Source: a virus
Direction: 5' to 3' (one strand)
IMG/VR virus record: IMGVR_UViG_3300022223_000004
Coordinates: 6,499 to 70,498 of that record
Length of the DNA: 64,000 bases
A program made the position numbers and the translations under genes. Each line of letters opens with the position of its first letter. Position 1 is the first letter of the stretch. The notes below the pieces were generated by a model. It did not search any database. It was not told the origin of the DNA and was given only the letters and a program-made list of their open reading frames with translations. Positions 19,226-27,450 of the stretch are shown one piece after another.

Positions 19226-21345
19226 TAGTCATCTCCTTTGTCTAGTAATTTAAAAATAGCCTCTTCATTAGCTCCAGAGCCTTTTTCATAAAATGAAAAC
19301 TTTTTCGGATCGTATACCACTGCTGTCACTTCATCCACACCCCCAAGAATGACTAATTCTGATTGCCACCCCTCCCCTAATGTATCTGCGGAAGTGCTGA
19401 ATATCCTTGTAGCGGGAATCTTGGAAGCGAAAATGGAAGCAGAGGCAGCATTTTCCGTACTTTCTGCAAAATCAATGGCAATTCCAAAATCAGTGGTCCA
19501 TGAATTTAAAGGCTGAGTGCTGGCCTCCACTCTTATAGTGGGCTGTCTTTCCACTCCTCCCTTCTTATTGGCTTTATTTTGTAAATAGGTAGGAGTTTTA
19601 GTATATGTGGCTCCTCGGTAGGCATATACTTCATTAATTCCATTAGCTTTTAAAAGGTCTTGGGTATTGTTATATACCGCCCGAACAAACAAACTGGCTC
19701 CTTTTGATATGCTTTTATCCTCTAAGACCCTTACTGCCTTTTTATACTCCAAAGATGATTCCAAATGGGACACAATAGAAGAAGATAGCCCCATTTCTTT
19801 CCTAACCGCTAATTGCAATATTAGGGATTGCACAGAGCCCGTCGAACTGGAGCCCCAGGCTATAGCTACCTCATTGAGGGCCTCTAAAAGATAATCATCA
19901 AGGTTCTCTAATAACAGGTTCCAATCCAAGAGTCCTTGCGATTCTGCCGATTCCATAGATTTAAAAAAATTAAATAAATCCTCTCTGTCTTTGGACTCTA
20001 AAACTGCTTTAAGTTTCCCTCTAAATTCTTTCCTACTTGCTCCTGGAAAAGCCTCTTCACTCATGTATTTGGACATTTTATTAGTAGGTTTATGTTTTAG
20101 CAGTTTATTCTTCCTATCTAAAAGACTTTCCCCTTTTATATCAAAAGGCTTTAAAGAAGCCATCTCTTTCACGACCTTTTCAATGGTATCGGAAGGACCC
20201 TCTATTTTCATCCTCAATTCTGCTAAGGACAATGGACGCCCTGTTTGGTGATCAATTAAATCCTTTAATTTTAATTCCCCTTTTGTAAACATTTTATATT
20301 TTTCATTCCCTAATACCTGTTTTTGGAAGGATTTAGGTTTTGTTTTCAACCAGGATTCATAGTTTAAGGATTGGGATACTTGACCATCCATGCTGGCCTG
20401 AGTGGATGGGGGAATCTCCCCCACTTTCTTTTTAAGTTTTTTGCCTGATTCTTCCGCAAGCTCCTGAAATGTTTTTGTGATCGGAACAAAAGTAGAACGG
20501 CAATTATAATGCCAAGGAGGAGGTCCCGGAAAAGGTTCATCGTGCCCCACTGGATTCCCTGTTGCTAATTCCCAAACTAGCCCTGATCTGGCTATACAGA
20601 TTGGTGTTGTCCTATTATCTAATGATGCCAATGTTTGGATTTTACTTATGACATCCGAATTAGCTTTGTAGGTTTCCATTCTAGCCAGATTAGCCACGTT
20701 TTGGACAGAGGTTCTGACCAAAGCCTTTGCCTGATGGCTGGGAATGTCCATCAACCCTCCTACAAACTCTCTATACTTTTTCTTTACCCCATCAATCTCA
20801 TAAGTAATGAATTTCCCTGTGGCAGTTCCTCTTAACCTTTGAACCAATTGTCCATTAGTTTCTCCCTGTAACACCCCTAAGGTCATCTGATCATTAAACT
20901 TTTGGCGCAAACCTGCTGCCTGCCTTGACCACCATTCCGCGGCGGGTGACCCTTCTATTAGAGATCCTCTGGCCAATTGTTTAAGGGTTTGGAGAGGAAC
21001 TGCCGTTGAGGCAAGCTCAACCTTAAAAGCTTTATTCAAAGCGTTTCTGGAATACTTTTCTTCTATCTGAGACAATTCCACAAGGTCATCATTCAATATT
21101 TTTTTATTCTTTGAATAGAAATTTTTAATAGAGGCAGAGGTTTGGTCTTTTAGCTTTTCCAGGCGCCCCAGTTTATAAGACCCGGATACGGATTCGGTAT
21201 CAATACTCCCGATCTTTTGGACAAGCTCATGTTCCAATGCCTTTAACTGTCCAAGAATTTTCTTAGCCGTAGCGGCCTCAACCCTCATAAGGTCTACCGA
21301 GTGTCCTGTAAGCTCATCGGACATTAAATCAGAAATGGATGCCAT
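19225..21345 (-). CDS. MuF (SPP1 gp7-like) minor head protein with C-terminal ADP-ribosyltransferase-like domain
   Basis: MuF motifs 'ALVRTSVQNVAN', 'ASLDNRTTPIC', 'PPPWHYNCRS', 'YESWLK.KP..FQ..VLG'; C-terminus has YRG...NSWTT...QSE..ILGG. Confidence 0.85.
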   Translation of the reverse strand: MASISDLMSDELTGHSVDLMRVEAATAKKILGQLKALEHELVQKIGSIDTESVSGSYKLGRLEKLKDQTSASIKNFYSKNKKILNDDLVELSQIEEKYSRNALNKAFKVELASTAVPLQTLKQLARGSLIEGSPAAEWWSRQAAGLRQKFNDQMTLGVLQGETNGQLVQRLRGTATGKFITYEIDGVKKKYREFVGGLMDIPSHQAKALVRTSVQNVANLARMETYKANSDVISKIQTLASLDNRTTPICIARSGLVWELATGNPVGHDEPFPGPPPWHYNCRSTFVPITKTFQELAEESGKKLKKKVGEIPPSTQASMDGQVSQSLNYESWLKTKPKSFQKQVLGNEKYKMFTKGELKLKDLIDHQTGRPLSLAELRMKIEGPSDTIEKVVKEMASLKPFDIKGESLLDRKNKLLKHKPTNKMSKYMSEEAFPGASRKEFRGKLKAVLESKDREDLFNFFKSMESAESQGLLDWNLLLENLDDYLLEALNEVAIAWGSSSTGSVQSLILQLAVRKEMGLSSSIVSHLESSLEYKKAVRVLEDKSISKGASLFVRAVYNNTQDLLKANGINEVYAYRGATYTKTPTYLQNKANKKGGVERQPTIRVEASTQPLNSWTTDFGIAIDFAESTENAASASIFASKIPATRIFSTSADTLGEGWQSELVILGGVDEVTAVVYDPKKFSFYEKGSGANEEAIFKLLDKGDD

Positions 21346-21374
21346 CGTATTAGGCTCCTTTTAAATTTGAAAAT

Positions 21375-21608
21375 TTAGGAAATGAAATCATTACAAAGTT
21401 TTTGCCATTTTGCCTGAAGGGAGATAATCGTTCTTTCCCAATTGTCTTCTCCATACACCTCAATACATTGGCGTTTCCAAACGTGATTCCCTTTAAAAAT
21501 AGGGTCTCGTTCTTCATTAGGAGGTATTCCTAAATACCTCATTGCATCCATTGGCAGGTTTGTATTTGCATATTCTTTGGATGAAGGGGTAGTAAATGCC
21601 ATATTCAT
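21375..21608 (-). CDS. hypothetical protein (77 aa)
   Basis: AAGGAG RBS; operon context. Confidence 0.6.
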   Translation of the reverse strand: MNMAFTTPSSKEYANTNLPMDAMRYLGIPPNEERDPIFKGNHVWKRQCIEVYGEDNWERTIISLQAKWQKLCNDFIS

Positions 21609-21622
21609 CTCCTTACTATTAA

Positions 21623-22003
21623 TTAACCTTCTGAATGTCTTGGGGTTGCCAACATAGCTTGGTACTGGTCATAATCATCTTGGGTCCAGTCTGCAAAATC
21701 CAATGGGTGTGACTCACACCCTAAAATGGATCCTTTTCTATGAGGAAAAGGAATATGCCCACAACGGCAGGTATCTTGTTTACTTACTTCCTTTTGCCTA
21801 TTAGCTTCATCTGACCGGACTCTAGTAGACTTGCAGATTGGACATTTAACACCCTTTTTATACTTTTCTGGGTGTTTTTTTATTGTGAATCTTCCTCTAG
21901 GAGTATAAGAGGAAGATTTGGCTCGCCATGCTCTTAGGTATTTCTGATAACAGTCCAGGCAATGCATTCGGTGCCTGTTGACATTAGTTCCTCCTTTAGG
22001 CAT
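21623..22003 (-). CDS. Cys/His-rich zinc-finger protein
   Basis: CLDC, CPIC and 'CRCGHIPFPHRKGS..GC..H'. Confidence 0.7.
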   Translation of the reverse strand: MPKGGTNVNRHRMHCLDCYQKYLRAWRAKSSSYTPRGRFTIKKHPEKYKKGVKCPICKSTRVRSDEANRQKEVSKQDTCRCGHIPFPHRKGSILGCESHPLDFADWTQDDYDQYQAMLATPRHSEG

Positions 22004-22010
22004 TTAAGGA

Positions 22011-22217
22011 TTAAGAAGGAAATCTTGTATCGGGATGAATAAGTTTCTTTTCCCATCCTTCCCTTGGAGGTGTTAAATTATTTACCTCTATAAACTTCGC
22101 CACCAACTCAGCTACCGGGGAACAATCGGAGTAAGCTCCTACAATGGTTTCTTCTTCCCTTGTGGTAAGCCATCCCATAAAACCATTAATTGCCTCACTT
22201 GCATTTATTTCCTTCAT
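22011..22217 (-). CDS. hypothetical protein (68 aa)
   Basis: AGGAG RBS; 'ASEAINGFMGWLTTR' phage-type small protein. Confidence 0.7.
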   Translation of the reverse strand: MKEINASEAINGFMGWLTTREEETIVGAYSDCSPVAELVAKFIEVNNLTPPREGWEKKLIHPDTRFPS

Positions 22218-22219
22218 TT

Positions 22220-22702
22220 TTAATCTCCTAGGTTGTTTTTTACTTTGGTTAAAAGGTGTTGCCTCACTTCCATCAGAGCGATACCCAATCTATTCTCCCC
22301 TTTGCGGTTACATACACCCCAATAGGTGTCTCCCCAAGTATTCCCTTCAATCAGTTTGCTTTGTCCTGTTCCTAATAATTGCTCCTGCAGTCCGTCGTCA
22401 TCCCCTGAAAACTTCCTCAATAGCAAAGCCCACATTATGTCATATTTAATGGCATCCCATCCAGACTTAATGCTCAACCCCTTTGATGCCCTTTTAACCT
22501 CTCCGGGAGTCTCTAGGGATTGTAGGTATATTTTCTCTTTAAGGGAATCAGTCTTTGTGGCCTGATAGGCATGTTCCACTGACCGGTATGCCAGACCCTC
22601 CCATTCAATTTCTACCAACCAGAAATTGGAAAGAAACCTGAAACGTCCTGTAAAGGACGTTATGGGCGTTTGGCAGGGATCATACAAAAGTAGATCAGTC
22701 AT
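22220..22702 (-). CDS. NADAR (YbiA-like) hydrolase
   Basis: 'FLSNFW', 'SVEHAYQATK', 'WDAIKYDIM...L..KF', 'LLGTG...LIEGNTWGDTYWG', 'GENRLGIALMEVR'. Confidence 0.92.
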   Translation of the reverse strand: MTDLLLYDPCQTPITSFTGRFRFLSNFWLVEIEWEGLAYRSVEHAYQATKTDSLKEKIYLQSLETPGEVKRASKGLSIKSGWDAIKYDIMWALLLRKFSGDDDGLQEQLLGTGQSKLIEGNTWGDTYWGVCNRKGENRLGIALMEVRQHLLTKVKNNLGD

Positions 22703-23228
22703 TCTGGGTCTCCTGTAAATCCTGTAAGTATCTTTCCCTGTATTTCATAACAGCAGGGTTCAAATGGTAGTTGACGCAGGATGTATTTATACTCTCTATG
22801 GTCCTTTCCTGTAATGGAGCGATATTGTGAGCAAAGCACACCAAAAAGTCTTTTATAGAAAGGAACCTATGCACTGATCCCACAGAATGGAAAATGGTTT
22901 CTTCTGGACCTATTATAGTTATGAATTTTTGCAAAGCCAGAGCATACCCAAATTCCACATGCCTCCCTCCTCTAGAGTCTCCTCTGGGATTTTCCATTAA
23001 GAAAATGCACCAATGGCTGTTTTCGATATCTTGTAAATCTTGGAGAGCATGTTCCTTATCGGATAAGGCGCTGGTACTTTCCCTATGCTGGGGGTGTATC
23101 CAACTACTCATAATTTGGAAGCCATCTTTCTCTAAGTATTGACCTAATTCGAATAAGGACTCCCTGCGCCTATAGCGTCCGCCCAAGTAAACCTTTTCTA
23201 CGGAGGCTGGAGGGTGTACTAGCTTCAC
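22695..23228 (-). CDS. nucleoside 2-deoxyribosyltransferase-like (NDT) N-glycosidase
   Basis: 'KVYLGG', 'DLQDIENSHW.IF', 'RGGRHVEFGYALA..K.I.IIG'; start placed at the GTG overlapping the upstream TGA. Confidence 0.8.
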   Translation of the reverse strand: MKLVHPPASVEKVYLGGRYRRRESLFELGQYLEKDGFQIMSSWIHPQHRESTSALSDKEHALQDLQDIENSHWCIFLMENPRGDSRGGRHVEFGYALALQKFITIIGPEETIFHSVGSVHRFLSIKDFLVCFAHNIAPLQERTIESINTSCVNYHLNPAVMKYRERYLQDLQETQND

Positions 23229-23662
23229 TTTGGATCTCCTTTTTGTTTTTCTTCCTTTTGCATATCCTCTATGGGAGGGTATTGAAAAGAAGGATCCGGA
23301 ACTGGTATCGTTTCTACCCAAACAGAGGACAAAAGGGAGTCAATTATTTTTTCTAAAGGCCTTCTTTTCTGCATTCCCTCGCTCAATTCTTTCAATACGG
23401 AGATCATTGCTTCCACTGATTTGTAGTTTTCAAACTCCAGGGCGAGCAACTGTCTGCCTATTGGAACACTATTCGCACTGCCCATAGGCCCGAACCTTAT
23501 TCCCTTTTGTTCCTTTTTAGGAATATCATAGATACAGAATTCCCCTTTTCCTGTTTTATACACTGCACCATGAACCAATTTAGTGGGTGTATTCTTAAAG
23601 AGTATTTTAAAAGCTTTTCGCTGGAAACAAGTTTTCGATAAACTTAGTAAAAATTTAAACAT
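23225..23662 (-). CDS. hypothetical protein (145 aa)
   Basis: ORF with AAGGGGG RBS in the packed operon. Confidence 0.6.
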   Translation of the reverse strand: MFKFLLSLSKTCFQRKAFKILFKNTPTKLVHGAVYKTGKGEFCIYDIPKKEQKGIRFGPMGSANSVPIGRQLLALEFENYKSVEAMISVLKELSEGMQKRRPLEKIIDSLLSSVWVETIPVPDPSFQYPPIEDMQKEEKQKGDPK

Positions 23663-23683
23663 TTTATTTCCCCCTTGTTATCT

Positions 23684-23833
23684 TCAGTTTTGGAGTATTT
23701 TCCTTTCAATGGTGTTTAATCTCTTTTCAATGTCTTGGAGTCTTTTTTGGTTCTTTTGAACGTTTAAAAAAATTTTCGACACCTTGAGTGGATCAAAAAA
23801 ATTAAATAATGAGGTTTGGTAAGGGATTGGCAT
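23684..23833 (-). CDS. unannotated 49-aa microprotein MPIPYQTSLFNFFDPLKV...KILQN
   Basis: Hand-translated; fills the gap exactly; its ATG overlaps the stop of the Ntn peptidase gene (ATGATG). Confidence 0.55.
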   Translation of the reverse strand: MPIPYQTSLFNFFDPLKVSKIFLNVQKNQKRLQDIEKRLNTIERKILQN

Positions 23834-24441
23834 CATAAGCTTTTCCCATCCCATACATCATAGCAATAGGAGAGTCCGCCTGTGTAAATATCTACCAAAG
23901 AGGCAATATGAATTGCCTCAGGTGCTGTGGCACCTCCGAGTAAAGCTCCCATGGCGATATCGGTTCCTGATCCTATAGCGACGCAATGTTCTTTCCGTGC
24001 CTCAGCTAAAGCCTTCCAATACCCCTTCCGTTCTTCAATGTCCGCAGTGGCCGAAAGGGTATCTTTTGCTATAGTCTTCCGTACACAAGGAATGGAATCA
24101 AAAAGGTCGAATATCTCTATCTCCAATGTCTGGGCACCATTGCACTTTACAGATATGGATAGGAATTTCCCTCTTGGCAAGGCAGTAGAATCTTCCAGGT
24201 CTGAAAGCATTTTAGGGAATTCAGGGTTTTTCCCTAACACGGTATCCTTATACCATTTAGTAAACCGCAGGACATTAGTACGGAGTCCCGTCCCCCCAGT
24301 ATAGTGAAATAACTCTCCTTCACCCTTAGGGTAATGGGAAAATATCTGTAACTTATTCATAGACCCTAAAAGGACAGTATCCCCTGAGGTGAATTGCCCG
24401 TCTGAAGCAAGTATCCGTCCGTCAAAAGCAATGGTGGTCAT
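23833..24441 (-). CDS. proteasome-beta/HslV-like Ntn peptidase
   Basis: N-terminal M-T-T-I-A, 'LASDGQ.T', 'AIGSG...AMGAL..GA.A.EAI..A...DIYTGG'. Confidence 0.8.
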   Translation of the reverse strand: MTTIAFDGRILASDGQFTSGDTVLLGSMNKLQIFSHYPKGEGELFHYTGGTGLRTNVLRFTKWYKDTVLGKNPEFPKMLSDLEDSTALPRGKFLSISVKCNGAQTLEIEIFDLFDSIPCVRKTIAKDTLSATADIEERKGYWKALAEARKEHCVAIGSGTDIAMGALLGGATAPEAIHIASLVDIYTGGLSYCYDVWDGKSL

Positions 24442-24498
24442 TTTATTTCTCCTTTATAGTTTAATCTTGTTTACTCACCTGTTTTTAATTATATCCCC

Positions 24499-26091
24499 TT
24501 ATTCCTTTTCTTCCTCTTCCTCTTCCTCCTCATCATCATCTATTTCCTCCTCATCTTTTTCTAATTCCATCCCACTGCCTGATGGGGTGCCCATCGGTAA
24601 AGGATCTCCCTCTAGGATCAATTGAAGCTCTTCCTCAATTGTCATATCTTCGGGGTACAATTCACCCTTTTTCAAATTATGAGCAAAAGTGCGCCAACTC
24701 ATTTTATTGGTCTGTACCAGCATAACCAATGCCGTAAGCATTTGAGGATCCAGCATCCTGGGCATATAGTCTTTATTAAAAATGCATTCTATTCCCAATG
24801 CTTTCTCTGGAGTTATTCCATACCACTGAGCTACCCACCTTAGTATTTGAGAAAAGCCAGATTCAACGGAAGCCGCAACGGAGGCTAAGGCACTGGTTTC
24901 AGCCGCCTGCCTTCTCTCCAGTGTTTCGGCTGCCTCAACAGCTTTTTTCGGTGCTTCTAAAATTCTGGCACCTAGTATTGCCATCTGGGCCTCTTTTTGT
25001 TCCAAGGCTCTTTCAATTGCAGACAAACCTTGGCCGGTGTATTCAAGATACTTTGCATCGGCTCCGGTTTGCTCTGATACCCAAGCAATTGCTGATCCTA
25101 TTTTCAATCTGGTCTCTTTAGGAAACCCTGTAACAAAGGCAGTGGGCAAGGCAGTGAAATGTCTTCCATGTTCCAGATCAGCAGATGACCTGTAATGGCT
25201 AAAATTCACATCTATCAGGTCTTCCAAAACAGGACTCTGCACCTTTGCTGTGGGTGTATCTGGTCCAAAGAATTGAAACGGAATATAATCCAGATATTTT
25301 CCTCTGATGGATACCTCAATATGCCGTTTCAATATGTATTCAGATTTATCAGCACCCTTTTGTCCATTAGGAGCCTTTTCATATAGTGAAACCAGATAGT
25401 ATCTTTTCTCCAGCCTCTCATGTTCCTCCTTCCTTCTCCTTTCTGCCTCTTCCAGAGTTTCTTCCTCTGGAGACTCCATAGCCTCCTCTGGCAACTTCAA
25501 TAGTTGGTTGATTTTCCATAAAGGCAATAATTGCAATACCCTTATCCGTTCTTTGACCACGGTAGTGAATGGGTCAGCACTATCAGGCTCTTCCGCTATC
25601 TCTGTTAAGACTACCATTGAGAGTTTCCATTCCCCTTCTACCTCTTCAGACTTCCAATTGATAATGGATTTAGGTCCATAAGATACTAGATAAGGGGCCA
25701 CATCACTGGTGGTTTCCTTATTGTCTAAAAGGACACCCTGTCTTCCTTTAGACAAAATATCAGAGAAGGTTTCCCTGGCGAAGGACTCAAAAGAAATATT
25801 TTCCTTTCCTACTCTGTCTAGGAATCCTTTACGGGATTCAGGGAATCCTATTACCTCAGGAGGTTTTCTAAAAACAATACCAACAAGCCCTCCCAATGTC
25901 CTGCCTGATGCATTGTAATAAGAGGCTCGCATTTTATAGGCATCATATTCCTGGGAATCCTGATCAGATAGCAATGGCAGTATTGCGATGCCGGCTTTCT
26001 TCACAGCCCGCTCACCAGCCACGGCAATTTCACATTTCTCCCAAACATCCAAATTGGCTGTATATTCCTTATGCTTAGTTTCAACTGGCAT
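24499..26091 (-). CDS. portal protein (DUF4055 type)
   Basis: 'YDAYKMRASYYN', 'G.VFRKPP', 'YIPFQF', 'N.SHYRSSADLEHGRHF..LPT'; follows TerL. Confidence 0.9.
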   Translation of the reverse strand: MPVETKHKEYTANLDVWEKCEIAVAGERAVKKAGIAILPLLSDQDSQEYDAYKMRASYYNASGRTLGGLVGIVFRKPPEVIGFPESRKGFLDRVGKENISFESFARETFSDILSKGRQGVLLDNKETTSDVAPYLVSYGPKSIINWKSEEVEGEWKLSMVVLTEIAEEPDSADPFTTVVKERIRVLQLLPLWKINQLLKLPEEAMESPEEETLEEAERRRKEEHERLEKRYYLVSLYEKAPNGQKGADKSEYILKRHIEVSIRGKYLDYIPFQFFGPDTPTAKVQSPVLEDLIDVNFSHYRSSADLEHGRHFTALPTAFVTGFPKETRLKIGSAIAWVSEQTGADAKYLEYTGQGLSAIERALEQKEAQMAILGARILEAPKKAVEAAETLERRQAAETSALASVAASVESGFSQILRWVAQWYGITPEKALGIECIFNKDYMPRMLDPQMLTALVMLVQTNKMSWRTFAHNLKKGELYPEDMTIEEELQLILEGDPLPMGTPSGSGMELEKDEEEIDDDEEEEEEEEKE

Positions 26092-26103
26092 GGTATTTCT
26101 CCT

Positions 26104-27438
26104 TTAGTGTCCTAACAATCTATTGGTCTTAATTTCAGGTTTGTACGCGGGGAATAGCCTATGTACTGGATACCCCACAGAGTCCAATAAGTGACTCATT
26201 GCTTTATGATCCTTTCGGTTCTTTTTCTCATGGGTGTATTTATTCATGTACCCAATTAATTTTTTACACTCAGGGTCTATTGTCAGGGTGACCTCTTTGC
26301 TTCCTGAATAAAGTTTTCCATTCACTGAATTTTCCCTATCCCTCACATTGGGGTTGGCCTCTGGTGCATCAATTTTCCATCCAAAAGATTCAATAATAGT
26401 GAAATCGGTTCTACCATATTCGGCTGAGGTCTTTCTAGCTTTTCCTGTAGCATCAGGAAAAACCGTAGTGATACGGCACTCTCCTTCTCTGGGGTGTCCT
26501 CTAGGGAATACTTGTTTCTCCCTTATTTTATCACACATGGCATAGGTATCAGCATTAGGCAATTCATACTCAGCGACTATATGCATGTGGTTACCAGACG
26601 TCCAAAAAACTACTGCGGACATAGGATCCACATTGAAGTCCATTCCTACTCCGTAATGCGTACCAGGATCAGGCAGCTTCCTTATGTTCCTTTGCCTATC
26701 AAAAGAGTAATAAACCCTCCCGCCTGTTAAGTTTACAAAATTCCCTTGCACCAGTGCCTCAACGGCTAAGGGATCAAAAGCTTTTTCCAGAGTCTCTGCA
26801 TATGATTTATCTAATGCCAAATTGGCTCTGGTTGAGGCATGAATGACACCTAAATCATAATCATCCTTTCTTTCCCCCTCACATATATCATAGCCCCAGT
26901 TTAATTCTTCAGGAGTTCCAGTAAGTATCAACTCCCTCAGGCTGGCTTGTCTATCCCGTACCCTTGCTATCGACTCCTGCAAAACCTGTCCATCTTGGAT
27001 AAAAGGTTCATCTATCCATGCCGCTCCAATGTTAGGACCTTTTAATGAGTTAGGTTCTTCCCCTGAAGCTACCCAGATGGTTCCTATTCTTCCTCTAAAG
27101 TTTATCGTAAATTGGTGTTCCGATTTATTGAATTTATATCGAAGGTCTCTATGGATTGTTTTCTTACCATCTAGCAGGTTTTGGATTGTAGGTATGATTG
27201 TCCTTTTCGCCATCTTGTATGTTGGGGATATGGCAAGATAAGGGGCTGGAGCATTATGCAATGTTACCGCTATTGCTCTTTTGGCCCCTGCTAGGGTTTT
27301 TCCCGCTCCAAAACCAGCTACCAAACCTTTAATAAAATTTTTCTGATTCCAAAAGGCTCTCTGGTGAGGGAACATGCCCCCTTTTATAATAGTTCCGTCA
27401 GGGGCTATTTCTGGATCTTCTTCTCGCCAAAACTTCAT
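26104..27438 (-). CDS. terL: terminase large subunit
   Basis: Walker A 'AGFGAGKT', Walker B 'AWIDE', 'LTGTPE', nuclease 'GMDFNVDP', 'HLLDSVGY'. Confidence 0.95.
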   Translation of the reverse strand: MKFWREEDPEIAPDGTIIKGGMFPHQRAFWNQKNFIKGLVAGFGAGKTLAGAKRAIAVTLHNAPAPYLAISPTYKMAKRTIIPTIQNLLDGKKTIHRDLRYKFNKSEHQFTINFRGRIGTIWVASGEEPNSLKGPNIGAAWIDEPFIQDGQVLQESIARVRDRQASLRELILTGTPEELNWGYDICEGERKDDYDLGVIHASTRANLALDKSYAETLEKAFDPLAVEALVQGNFVNLTGGRVYYSFDRQRNIRKLPDPGTHYGVGMDFNVDPMSAVVFWTSGNHMHIVAEYELPNADTYAMCDKIREKQVFPRGHPREGECRITTVFPDATGKARKTSAEYGRTDFTIIESFGWKIDAPEANPNVRDRENSVNGKLYSGSKEVTLTIDPECKKLIGYMNKYTHEKKNRKDHKAMSHLLDSVGYPVHRLFPAYKPEIKTNRLLGH

Positions 27439-27450
27439 GCGATTTCCTTA

